Assembly: GCA_016929115.1 (NCBI GenBank)
Contig: JAFGJL010000010.1
Span: 331-64,330, forward strand
Source of the DNA: Candidatus Omnitrophota bacterium
Lineage (GTDB): Bacteria; Omnitrophota; Gorgyraeia; 2-01-FULL-45-10
Reading direction: 5' to 3'
Length of the DNA: 64,000 nt
Positions 1 through 8,464 of the stretch are shown here, in pieces. The stretch's first letter is position 1, and each line of letters starts with the position of its first letter. Made by a program: the position numbers and the translations under genes. The notes below the pieces were generated by a model, which did no database searches, was not told where the DNA came from, and saw only the letters and a list, made by a program, of their open reading frames with translations.

Positions 1-24
1 AGGTTTTGCCAGGACTATCTTCAT

Positions 25-723
25 CTAATTTACGAACCTGTATTTTAACAGCGTGGCGAGCGCCGAGATGCCGTGCTTCCAGGATATCTTCTTGCCCTCG
101 GCGTAGCTCCTGCCGTAATACGATATCGGCATCTCGTAGATGCGCAGCGACTTATTCTTCAGTATCTTCGCTGTCAGCTCCGGCTCGACCGAAAAACCGT
201 TCGAGCGTATGGTGATGCCGTCTACGACGCTTCTCCTGAACATCTTGTAGCAGGTCTCCATGTCGCTGAGCGTGGAATTGTACAGGAAGTTCGTAAGAAA
301 AGAGAGGAAGTTATTGCCCATCTTGTGCCAGAACATGTGTACGCGCTGCGGCTTGCCGCCGGAGAGGCGCGAGCCGTAGACGACGTCGGCCAATCCTTCC
401 TGTATGGGCTTGGCCATCTCGATAAACTCCTGGGGGTCATACTCAAGGTCCGCGTCCTGGACCACGACCACCTCTCCGGAGACGCTCTTGAAACCGGTGC
501 GCAGCGCCGCGCCCTTGCCCGAATTCTTCTCGTGCAGGATCACCCTTACTCTGGGGTCGAATTTCGCATCGCGCAGGACATCCCTTGTGCCATCGCCGGA
601 ACCGTCGTCCACGACCACTATCTCCTTGACGATGTCAAGCTTCAGCACCTTATCGATTATCTTCAGGACCGTGTTCTTCTCATTGTAGACCGGCATCACG
701 ACAGATAGAAACTGTTTATCCAC
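25..723 (-). CDS. GT2 glycosyltransferase, DPM1-like polyprenyl-phosphate mannose/hexose synthase (soluble type)
   Basis: The translation has SVVMPVYNE...VVVDDGSGDGT...VQDADLEYDP, a GT2 DxD/DAD signature, and a C-terminal region typical of dolichol-P-mannose synthase catalytic subunits. There is no TM segment. The start codon is GTG at 723. Confidence 0.8.
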   Translation of the reverse strand: MDKQFLSVVMPVYNEKNTVLKIIDKVLKLDIVKEIVVVDDGSGDGTRDVLRDAKFDPRVRVILHEKNSGKGAALRTGFKSVSGEVVVVQDADLEYDPQEFIEMAKPIQEGLADVVYGSRLSGGKPQRVHMFWHKMGNNFLSFLTNFLYNSTLSDMETCYKMFRRSVVDGITIRSNGFSVEPELTAKILKNKSLRIYEMPISYYGRSYAEGKKISWKHGISALATLLKYRFVN

Positions 724-755
724 GTCAAACTCCTCTTTTTTATGAACTGATGGCC

Positions 756-785
756 GAATCAGCTCATGAGCTCATGAGCTGATTC
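756..785. repeat. Perfect 30-bp palindrome (gaatcagctcatgagctcatgagctgattc) in the intergenic gap between the rSAM stop and the GT2 start
   Basis: Checked base by base: the reverse complement equals the sequence itself. It contains a tandem agctcatg core. It lies 14 nt downstream of the stop of the 799..2238 gene. It is a possible hairpin, attenuator or dimeric-regulator operator. Confidence 0.85.
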
Positions 786-798
786 GCAAACCTTCATT

Positions 799-2238
799 TT
801 AATATGCGATTTCATACTTCCCTTTTCTCTTCTTCCTTTTAAGAAGGCCGAGGCCTTTCAGCGTATCCTTGACAAGGTCCTCGAAGGCCTTCCAGTAGTA
901 CCGGTGGTATTTCAACGCGTCGACGAGCGCTAGAGTCGAAAGCGGCTTTCTCTTATCGAGCGCGTCATGGAAGATATTGAGGGCCGTCTTTGAGTTCTCC
1001 GCGGTGAATATCTTCCAGTGGTAATCGGTCAGCCAGAAATCGTCGTCGATAAAGCCTATCTTCTTGGCATGCTCGTACAGCTCAGTACCGGGAAGGATCC
1101 TTAGCCCGTTCGCGAGCCCCACCTCATCCGGCCCTGTCCTGTTCAGGAAATCGATCGTTTCGTTTATAGTTCGCCTGGTCTCGCCGAGATTGCCTACTAT
1201 GAGGAGGGCGGATGTCCTTATGCCCATCGTCTTCGTCATCACTATCGCCTTCTCCGAAATCCCGACGTCGACCTCTTTATGCATCTTTTTCAAGAGTTCC
1301 GGCGAGGCCGATTCTATACCGAAGCATATCTTGAAGCAGCCTGCCTTTTTAAGGGCGGCCAAAAGGTCCGGGTCGATGCAATCTGCGCGCGATACGATCT
1401 CAAAAGTTATCCTCAGCCCGCGCCGCGTTATCTCTTCGGCCACCTCTTTTGCCGCGCGTCGGTCCGCCGTGAAGAGGTCATCGTTAAAATTGAAGCGTTT
1501 GGCGCCGTATGTCTTATTGAGCATCTCGATCTCATCGACCATGTTCTTAGCGGACCTGCGGCGCCACCGTTTCCACAGGAGTTTGTCGGCGCAGAATACG
1601 CAGCGTCCTATGCATCCGCGCGAGAATACCACCGGAACGCACGGCTCGGCGGCGAGATCGATACCGTTATATCTACCGGACCCTTCGGGCGGATATTTGC
1701 CGATGTCGATCAGTTCCCACGCGGGGAACGGCACATCATCAAGGTTCGCGATAAGTGGCCGCTCGGGGTTCAAGCGGACTTCTTTGCCTTCCCGATAAGC
1801 TATACCCTGAATGTCTTTCAAGTCCTTGCCCTGGCACATCTCCAGAAAGGTGATCTCGCCTTCTCCCCTCGCCACAATATCGACGAACGGGTAGTGCTCG
1901 AGAAGTTGCCGAGGCATCAGCGTGGCGTGGGCGCCGCCCAGGACGACGAGCGTCTTCGCGTCCGCCTTTTTGACCGCCTCCGCCACTTTAAGCGCCTTAA
2001 CGCGGGAATAGGTGTGGCATGTGATACCGACGATCGTGGGTCGGTACTCCCTCATCTTCTTCTCTATTCCGTCCCATCCGGCGATGTAACCGTCGATAAG
2101 ATCGACGGGGATAGAGTTCTTCTTCAGCACCGCCGCAAGATATAAAAGCCCCAGAGGCGGCGTCGAATAGTCACCCCGTCCTGATTCCGGAGGGTTTATG
2201 AGGAGGACTCTTTGCATAACTCCCTGTATTTTGCCCAC
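799..2238 (-). CDS. Cobalamin-binding (class B) radical SAM enzyme
   Basis: The N-terminal B12-binding Rossmann region is LLINPPE...PPLGLLYLAAVLKK...VGITCHT. The radical SAM CX3CX2C motif is GCIGRCVFC. Length is 479 aa. Confidence 0.8.
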   Translation of the reverse strand: MGKIQGVMQRVLLINPPESGRGDYSTPPLGLLYLAAVLKKNSIPVDLIDGYIAGWDGIEKKMREYRPTIVGITCHTYSRVKALKVAEAVKKADAKTLVVLGGAHATLMPRQLLEHYPFVDIVARGEGEITFLEMCQGKDLKDIQGIAYREGKEVRLNPERPLIANLDDVPFPAWELIDIGKYPPEGSGRYNGIDLAAEPCVPVVFSRGCIGRCVFCADKLLWKRWRRRSAKNMVDEIEMLNKTYGAKRFNFNDDLFTADRRAAKEVAEEITRRGLRITFEIVSRADCIDPDLLAALKKAGCFKICFGIESASPELLKKMHKEVDVGISEKAIVMTKTMGIRTSALLIVGNLGETRRTINETIDFLNRTGPDEVGLANGLRILPGTELYEHAKKIGFIDDDFWLTDYHWKIFTAENSKTALNIFHDALDKRKPLSTLALVDALKYHRYYWKAFEDLVKDTLKGLGLLKRKKRKGKYEIAY

Positions 2239-2969
2239 TTAAGGAAATTTATGAACGCGAACAATACGGCGAATAGAAGCCCGTAAAACCCTTCCCTGTA
2301 GCCCTTCTTCTTGAAATACGCCTTCCAGAATATCTTGAATGAGCGGCCCATCATCTCTTTGCGGATCTTCTTCTCGCTCAAAACGCCTTTTTCCTTCAAT
2401 AAGTCTTTTGCCGCGATATCCGTATAGCGGTTCTGCCTGTTTATGAACTGGCTTATCGAATCGAAAGGGTAGTGCTCGATATCCGCCTCGATCGTGCCCA
2501 TCGCGCCTTTATAGACGGGCACCTCATGGACCTCGCCCTCGAAACGGACGAAGCGCCTGTTGAGGAAGTTCGGGATATAGTGACTCCACCCGCCATTCTC
2601 CATCGCGTGCCCGAGGAAGAAGTTCTTCCGGCGGAATTTGTATATTACGGTATCGCCCTTGTTTTGCGAGAGCGCATCCTCCGCCTTGAGGCGGAAACCA
2701 TCGGTCACGATGTCGTCCGCGTCGAGCGTCAGGACCCAGTCATTGCGGGCATTGTCATTGCCGACGTTACGGTCGTCGGCAAAGGCGCCCGTGAACTTGT
2801 GCGGCACTACCTTCGCGCCGTAGCCCTTCGCTATCTCGACCGTCTTATCGGTCGAGAGGCCGTCCACGACGATGACCTCGTCGACCCACCTGATCGACTC
2901 GAGGCACTTCGCGATGCGTTTTTCTTCGTTCTTCGCGATAATTACGGCTGATATCTTCGGCGCGCTCAT
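2196..2969 (-). CDS. GT2 family glycosyltransferase (WaaE/KdtX-like)
   Basis: MSAPKISAVIIAKNEEKRIAKCLESIRWVDEVIVVDGLSTDKT...LTLDADD. The start is set at the internal ATG at 2969, which forms an ATGA overlap with the upstream stop. The 358-aa N-terminal extension in the ORF track would overlap the whole upstream gene and is rejected. This is a paralog of 2966..3742. Confidence 0.75.
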   Translation of the reverse strand: MSAPKISAVIIAKNEEKRIAKCLESIRWVDEVIVVDGLSTDKTVEIAKGYGAKVVPHKFTGAFADDRNVGNDNARNDWVLTLDADDIVTDGFRLKAEDALSQNKGDTVIYKFRRKNFFLGHAMENGGWSHYIPNFLNRRFVRFEGEVHEVPVYKGAMGTIEADIEHYPFDSISQFINRQNRYTDIAAKDLLKEKGVLSEKKIRKEMMGRSFKIFWKAYFKKKGYREGFYGLLFAVLFAFINFLKWAKYRELCKESSS

Positions 2970-3742
2970 ATCTTCGGCTGGTTTTTCTCGTTCTCCAGCA
3001 TCTCCCAATATTTCACATAACTCATGAACTGGTAGGCGGCGCCGGCCCAGGAGACGATGAACCCGAGGAAGCCGTCCTTGAAGCCGCCTTTCTGGATATA
3101 CGCCTTGATAAAGCGGCTCGCCCCCTTGCGGTACATCTTGATGAAGTTTATCCTGCGCCTTTCCTTGAACCATTTCTTCGCCTCGAGAGTCGTCTGATTG
3201 TTCAGGCTCTGGAAAAAGTCGTGGAAGTCGCGGTACGAATAGTGGATGATGTCGCCTTTCAGGTGCCCGCATGTGCCGTCGATGAACACCCTGGGATGTA
3301 CCTCGGCTTCTTCATACTTGAACGAGCGCCGCTCAAAGAGCCGTACCTTCGGCGCCGGATACCAGCCCGCATGCCTGATCCAGCGCTTGCCGATGTACGT
3401 CTTTATCGGGATGGTGTAGGCCTTGTGCGGCTCAGGCCCGGCCTTGAATAGGCCGGCTAGTTCCGCGATGATCTCGGGACTTATACGTTCGTCAGCGTCA
3501 AGGCTCAGCGCCCAGTCGTTCCTGGCAAGGCTATAGGCGTAGTTGCGGTGCCTTCCCTCGATGTCCATCTTGCGCGAAAATACCTTGTCGGTGTAGCGCT
3601 TGGCGACCTCAACGGTCTTATCCGTAGAATTGTCGTCGAGCACGATCACCTCATCGCATCCTTGCGCGCTCTTCAGGCACTCCGCAATATTCTCTTCCTC
3701 ATTCTTCGTAATCACTACAACCGATATAGGTATTTTGTCCAT
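2966..3742 (-). CDS. GT2 family glycosyltransferase (WaaE/KdtX-like), paralog of the downstream gene
   Basis: ISVVVITKNEEENIAECL...VIVLDDNSTDKT...LSLDADE. The C-terminal half with KGGFKDGFLGF is shared with the neighbouring paralog. Confidence 0.8.
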   Translation of the reverse strand: MDKIPISVVVITKNEEENIAECLKSAQGCDEVIVLDDNSTDKTVEVAKRYTDKVFSRKMDIEGRHRNYAYSLARNDWALSLDADERISPEIIAELAGLFKAGPEPHKAYTIPIKTYIGKRWIRHAGWYPAPKVRLFERRSFKYEEAEVHPRVFIDGTCGHLKGDIIHYSYRDFHDFFQSLNNQTTLEAKKWFKERRRINFIKMYRKGASRFIKAYIQKGGFKDGFLGFIVSWAGAAYQFMSYVKYWEMLENEKNQPKI

Positions 3743-3761
3743 TATCTTTCCTTATTTTGAG

Positions 3762-3799
3762 ATTCCACCTACGCGGTGTTAACACCGCGTAGGTGGAAT
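3762..3799. repeat. Perfect 38-bp palindrome (attccacctacgcggtgttaacaccgcgtaggtggaat) centred on GTTAAC
   Basis: Checked base by base. It occupies almost the whole 63-nt gap between the stop of the GT2 triplet (3806) and the start of the GT2 pair (3742). No T-run follows it on the coding strand. Confidence 0.85.
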
Positions 3800-3805
3800 T
3801 ACCCG

Positions 3806-4825
3806 CTAATAATACTGTATCTTCGCCTTGTGAATGAACGAGAATTGCTCGAGCACCTTGCCGAAGCGCTCGTCGTCGACGAATATCCTGTCGAACTTCT
3901 TCTTCTTTTTCAATATGTTGAACAATACCGCCAGATGGAAGCGCTCGGACGGCATGCTCTTCACGATGATGTTCGAATGCCTCGGCGCGTCGAACGGCCC
4001 CTTCGAGAAGCACCAGACCCAGTTGCCGCCGCGCGCCAGTTTCATGAACTCGTTATTGACGTGGTTCAGCGTCAGGTCATCGAACGAGTCGAGCACGTAC
4101 GCCACGCGCGCTGGCCTGCCCCACCTGAACTCGTATATCTCCTTGTTGCGCTTAAAATCCTCTTCGAACGTCTTTGCCTTGTTGAACGAGCCGTGTTCCC
4201 TGTGGTACACATAGGCGCCGCACGCGCGGACGCATTTAAAACCTTCCCTAACGGCTTTGCGCGAAAAATCCGTGTCCTCGAAGTTGCCCATGCCGTATAT
4301 CTCGTCGAAATAGCCTATCTTCCCGATCACGGCCCGCGTTATGAGCATGCAGAAGCCGATCGCCGCGCCCAGTTCGACGTAAGCGCCGGCCTCTCTTCGG
4401 AGCTTCTCGGCATAAAGCTCGACCGGCTCGCCGGGTTCAGGCCTTTGGCCGAGATTGTTAGAAGACGGGTTCACAATGCCTATATCGGCCGACTTCTCCG
4501 CGATGGCGATCATTTCGCCGAGCCATCCTTTAGTCACGAGAGTATCATTGTTCAAAAGACAGACATAAGGCGCGCTTGACGCGCGCATACCCTGGTTCGC
4601 GGCCTTTACGAATCCGGTGTTCGCCTCGTTCCGGATGAGAAGCACCTTGTCGCCGTGCGACTTCGCAAGCGACTCGAGATAACTCTTCGTCTTCTCCTCG
4701 CTCGCGTTATCGATGAAAACGATACGGTACTCCGCGCCGGTATATTTAAAGATGGAATCGACGCAGTCGGCGGTAAAAGCGAGCTGGTTCCAGACAGGTA
4801 TTATTATGTCGCACTTCGCGCTCAT
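3806..4825 (-). CDS. GT2 glycosyltransferase with about 110-aa C-terminal extension (triplet member A)
   Basis: MSAKCDIIIPVWNQ...FIDNASEE...NNDT...FEDTDFS. The start is set at the ATG at 4825, which forms a verified ATGA overlap with the upstream stop. The track ORF extends to 4873. Confidence 0.75.
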   Translation of the reverse strand: MSAKCDIIIPVWNQLAFTADCVDSIFKYTGAEYRIVFIDNASEEKTKSYLESLAKSHGDKVLLIRNEANTGFVKAANQGMRASSAPYVCLLNNDTLVTKGWLGEMIAIAEKSADIGIVNPSSNNLGQRPEPGEPVELYAEKLRREAGAYVELGAAIGFCMLITRAVIGKIGYFDEIYGMGNFEDTDFSRKAVREGFKCVRACGAYVYHREHGSFNKAKTFEEDFKRNKEIYEFRWGRPARVAYVLDSFDDLTLNHVNNEFMKLARGGNWVWCFSKGPFDAPRHSNIIVKSMPSERFHLAVLFNILKKKKKFDRIFVDDERFGKVLEQFSFIHKAKIQYY

Positions 4826-5868
4826 GGTTGATCCGTTTTCGCGATCGCGTCGATTATATCGACGACGCGGCATTCGTCCTTATCCGCGTTGAAATAATAG
4901 ACTTTCGGCCTGACTTTCGAAAGTACCTGGCAGAGCACCGCGTCATCCGTAAAGACGGCGGCGTAACGCTTCGTCTTCTGCTTTGTCCAGTTCAGGCCCA
5001 GAAAGAACGGCGCGATGACCGCGGTGACAAGCCCCGGCCACTTCTTGTAACGTATGTTTATATGCTCCAGGCCTGCCCTGGCAGCGCCGTTCCACACATA
5101 GACGATGTGCTGTCGCCTGGCGAGCGACAGCAATATATCGAAGAAGCGCCTGTCCCTCGCCTTTGTCATGACGAAGGCGACGTTAAGGCGCCTGCCCCAT
5201 TTCTTGTAGAAGAGCGCCTTGTTCTTCTCGTGGAGCTCGAGCCGCTCGGCCTCCGCGAAAATATCCTTGAATGTGGAATCGCGCAGATGCTCGACATAGA
5301 CATCGTTCGCCCTCACGCACTTAAAGTGGGCGCGCAGCGCCCGCACCGAGAAGTCATCGTCGTCATAGTAGCCCAGGCCGTAACCCTCATCAAGGCCGCC
5401 GATCTTTTCGAGCACTTCCCTTTTTACAAGGATGCAGTAACCACGGCAGAAATCCACCTCGATATAGGGCTTATCCGACCGCTGCCTTACCTTCACCTCG
5501 AACCTCGGGTTCACGAGACCTATATCCGGTTCTGTCGCGGCAACGGCGAGGAGCTTCGAAAGCCAGCCCTTCGTATGCACAACAGTGTCGTTGTTCATGA
5601 CGCAGATGTACGGTGTTGAGGAAAGTTTTATGCCCTGGTTGACCGCCTTCACCCAGCCGAGATTCTCATCGTTGCGCACCAGGATAACGTTACCGTTGGA
5701 GCGCTTGAAATCCTCGAGAAATCCTTTTATTTCGCCTTTCGAACCGTTATCTATCAGGATGAGCCTGTACGGCGCGGTCGTGTTGGCTTGGATGCTCTCG
5801 AGGCAGTTCTTCGTGAGCTCCAGTTTGTTGTATACGGGAATGATGATGTCGCACTGCGCATCAGGCAT
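4822..5868 (-). CDS. GT2 glycosyltransferase with C-terminal extension (triplet member B)
   Basis: CDIIIPVYNKLELTKNCLESI...LIDNGS...MNNDT...YDDDDFS. It overlaps the next gene by 8 nt (ATGCCTGA). Confidence 0.75.
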   Translation of the reverse strand: MPDAQCDIIIPVYNKLELTKNCLESIQANTTAPYRLILIDNGSKGEIKGFLEDFKRSNGNVILVRNDENLGWVKAVNQGIKLSSTPYICVMNNDTVVHTKGWLSKLLAVAATEPDIGLVNPRFEVKVRQRSDKPYIEVDFCRGYCILVKREVLEKIGGLDEGYGLGYYDDDDFSVRALRAHFKCVRANDVYVEHLRDSTFKDIFAEAERLELHEKNKALFYKKWGRRLNVAFVMTKARDRRFFDILLSLARRQHIVYVWNGAARAGLEHINIRYKKWPGLVTAVIAPFFLGLNWTKQKTKRYAAVFTDDAVLCQVLSKVRPKVYYFNADKDECRVVDIIDAIAKTDQP

Positions 5869-7033
5869 ATTTTTTACGCTTCTCTTTTATGGAGAGGGCC
5901 GCCTCCTTCCCTCTTTCAAGCCAATCGTCGCATTCATCCTGCACCGAAAGCCGTTCGACGAAGGTATTGACCGCCCTCGCGCAAATAGCGAGCGGCCCGG
6001 CCACGGCATCGTCCAGTATCACGACCGCGTCGAAGCGCTTGTCGCGCATCCTTTTGCGGATCCGCTCGACGAGTTTGCCCGAGAGCGTCAGGCCGAAGAG
6101 CGGCTTCGGCAGATTGAAACGGTCGATCCTTATGTTCTGGTGCGGCGCCAATCCCTTTTTCGCCAAAACGGCCATCACCATCTCATCCAGCTTCTTGGCG
6201 TCGGCCGCCGTGTTTACCCAAAGATGGACCCATGTCCATTCCCGCGCGAGACCATAGGCCAGCAGGACCGCCTTTTGCAGCGTCATGGCATCATTGGCAG
6301 CGATAGAGACGGCCAGGCCGATGCGCAGGTGCTTGCCCCACTTTTTATAATAGATCTTCTGGTTACGCCTGACCCAATGCTCGCGGTTACCCGCCTTATC
6401 GAACGACGCATGGATGCGGTGGTAGACGTAGGCGTCATGGATGGCGACGGAACGGTAGCCGGCATTGTGGGCCCGCATCGAGTAATCGGTATCATCATAG
6501 CCGCCGATGCCGAACGCCTCGTCGAGATACCCTATCTTATTGATAAGGTCGCGCTTTATGAGCATGCAGAAGCCCTGGCACTGGTTCATCTCCATGTACT
6601 TGCCCTTGTTCTTCGCCAGCTCCTCCGCGTACGCTTCTATCGCCTTATCGCGGTGCCCGCCGCATACGGGGTTGATGAGGCCCACATCGTCGTGGCTCGC
6701 GGCAAAGTCTATCATGCGCTCGAGCCATCCCGGTCCGGGTATCGTGTCGTTATTGAAGACGCAGATATAAGGCGCGTCCGACAGCTTCATGCCCTGGTTG
6801 ACGGCTCTTACGAACCCCGCGTTCTCGTTGTTGCGTATTAGCCGCACATCGATCTCCTTGCCCAGCGCGCCCGGCTTCGCGATACCTTCGAGATATGCCC
6901 TTGTCTCGGCGTCGCTCGCGTTATCGATCAGGATGAGCCTGTACGGATACGCCGTGTTCCTGACGATATGCTCGACGCACTGCTTAGTGTGGTCGAGCTG
7001 GTTCCATATGGGTATGATGATGTCGCATTTCAT
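5861..7033 (-). CDS. GT2 glycosyltransferase with C-terminal extension (triplet member C)
   Basis: MKCDIIIPIWNQLDHTKQCVEHI...LIDNASD...FNNDT...YDDTDYS. Length is 390 aa. Confidence 0.75.
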   Translation of the reverse strand: MKCDIIIPIWNQLDHTKQCVEHIVRNTAYPYRLILIDNASDAETRAYLEGIAKPGALGKEIDVRLIRNNENAGFVRAVNQGMKLSDAPYICVFNNDTIPGPGWLERMIDFAASHDDVGLINPVCGGHRDKAIEAYAEELAKNKGKYMEMNQCQGFCMLIKRDLINKIGYLDEAFGIGGYDDTDYSMRAHNAGYRSVAIHDAYVYHRIHASFDKAGNREHWVRRNQKIYYKKWGKHLRIGLAVSIAANDAMTLQKAVLLAYGLAREWTWVHLWVNTAADAKKLDEMVMAVLAKKGLAPHQNIRIDRFNLPKPLFGLTLSGKLVERIRKRMRDKRFDAVVILDDAVAGPLAICARAVNTFVERLSVQDECDDWLERGKEAALSIKEKRKKYA

Positions 7034-7039
7034 AGTCGT

Positions 7040-7125
7040 TAGCCATGTTTAGCGTTTAGCGTGGAGCGTATAGAGAAAAATCCCCACCCTATACGCTAAA
7101 CGCTATCCGCTATACGCTAATTCAT
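7040..7125. repeat. Intergenic dyad element built from 7-nt periodic AGCG / CGCT repeats
   Basis: The left arm is tttAGCGtttAGCGtggAGCGtatag. The right arm is ctataCGCTaaaCGCTatcCGCTataCGCTaa. They are separated by gaaaaatccccaccc. It lies between the B12-rSAM stop (7133) and the GT2-triplet start (7033). Confidence 0.7.
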
Positions 7126-7132
7126 GCGCTCC

Positions 7133-8464
7133 TTATATAATACGCTGTAAAAAGTGCTTTATACGCCGCTCGATTATAAAATCGGCTTTCCGCGCGAGAC
7201 GGACGGATACGAAACGCTTTTTCGATTCGACAAGGGCTTCCTGCAGGAATTTGTAGTCGATCCCCTTTATCTTGGGCGCGTTCGGCGAACGGGCGAAGTC
7301 CGAATGCGACCTTATGAGCGACAGGCCGTTCTTGACGCAATAGTCGTAAAGGTCGCTTCCCGGATGGGGCGTGAAGAACGCGGGGCTCGGCCGGTAGGGC
7401 TTTATCTTCTGTATCATCCTTACCGTGTCCATCGCCTCCTCTTTCGTCTCGGTCGGCATGCCGAGCATGTAATTCGCCCATATCCGGACGCCGTGCTTTT
7501 TGCAGATCCTCGCGGCGCGATAGTTCATCTCAACCGTAGTCCCCTTGCGCAGGAAATTCAAAACGCGCTGGTTGCCGCTCTCGAAACCTATCAAGTACAT
7601 CGCGAGGCCGGCCTTCTTCATCAACCGGACCATATCCTCGTTCTTGCAGATTATATCGGCCCTTGACTGGCAAACGAACGGCTTCCGGAACTTGCGTCTC
7701 CTGTATTCGTCGCAGAACCGGATCACCCATTTGCGGTCCTCTGTCAGGCAATCGTCATGGAACATGAAACTCTGGAAGTCGTATCTTTCCCTCAAGAGCT
7801 CCAGCTCATCTATGACATTGGCCACGCTCCTTCGCCTGACTTTACGGCCGAATATCTTCCGCTCAGCGGGCTGGCAGAAGCTGCAGTTGTAGACACATCC
7901 GCGGCCCGCTATCACCGTGACGAAGGGCCGCCTCAGGAAATTCTCGATCGGTGATTCCTTGAAGCGGAAGAGCTCGCGATCGGCGAACGGCAGCGTGTCA
8001 AGGTCGGGATGCTCGCCGGTGATGACTCGCTCGCGCGGCCTGCAGTTCTCGATATCCTCGAGCAGTTTAAGGAAGGTCGTTTCGCCTTCGCCGACGACAA
8101 CGTAGTCGATGTTCGCGCCGGCCGCCACCTCCTCAGGCAGGATGCTCGGATGAGGCCCGCCGGCCACCACGACGATGTTCCTGTCGACTGATTTCGCGAT
8201 GCGCGCCGCCTCCATCGCCGGTTCGTAATCGACGCTCATCATCGTGACGCCGAGGACCTGCGGCTTAAGCCGCGATATCTCGCCGCGCACATCATCCCAG
8301 CCGGCAAGTTCCCTGAGGTCAATAAGGCTTACGTCGTGGCCCACCGCCTTGGCGCAAGCGCTCAAGGACGAAAGGCCGTGGTTCATCCAGCTGTATTCGA
8401 CCGGCGCCTTCGCTGTGTTGAACCCGGTCTCAGATATCCCCGGGAATACGAGCGTGACTCTCAT
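7133..8464 (-). CDS. Cobalamin-binding (class B) radical SAM enzyme
   Basis: N-terminal B12-binding region (VTLVFPG...VLGVTMMSV...VVVAGGPHPS). The CX3CX2C motif is GRGCVYNCSFC. Length is 443 aa. Confidence 0.8.
   Translation of the reverse strand: MRVTLVFPGISETGFNTAKAPVEYSWMNHGLSSLSACAKAVGHDVSLIDLRELAGWDDVRGEISRLKPQVLGVTMMSVDYEPAMEAARIAKSVDRNIVVVAGGPHPSILPEEVAAGANIDYVVVGEGETTFLKLLEDIENCRPRERVITGEHPDLDTLPFADRELFRFKESPIENFLRRPFVTVIAGRGCVYNCSFCQPAERKIFGRKVRRRSVANVIDELELLRERYDFQSFMFHDDCLTEDRKWVIRFCDEYRRRKFRKPFVCQSRADIICKNEDMVRLMKKAGLAMYLIGFESGNQRVLNFLRKGTTVEMNYRAARICKKHGVRIWANYMLGMPTETKEEAMDTVRMIQKIKPYRPSPAFFTPHPGSDLYDYCVKNGLSLIRSHSDFARSPNAPKIKGIDYKFLQEALVESKKRFVSVRLARKADFIIERRIKHFLQRII

Noticed and set aside
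2970-3272. N-terminal 101-aa extension of the GT2 gene (track ORF 2196..3272)
   Set aside because: It would fully overlap the upstream paralog's coding region, and its translation is Arg/Pro-rich junk. The internal ATG at 2969 forms an ATGA junction and starts exactly at the conserved GT2 N-terminus.
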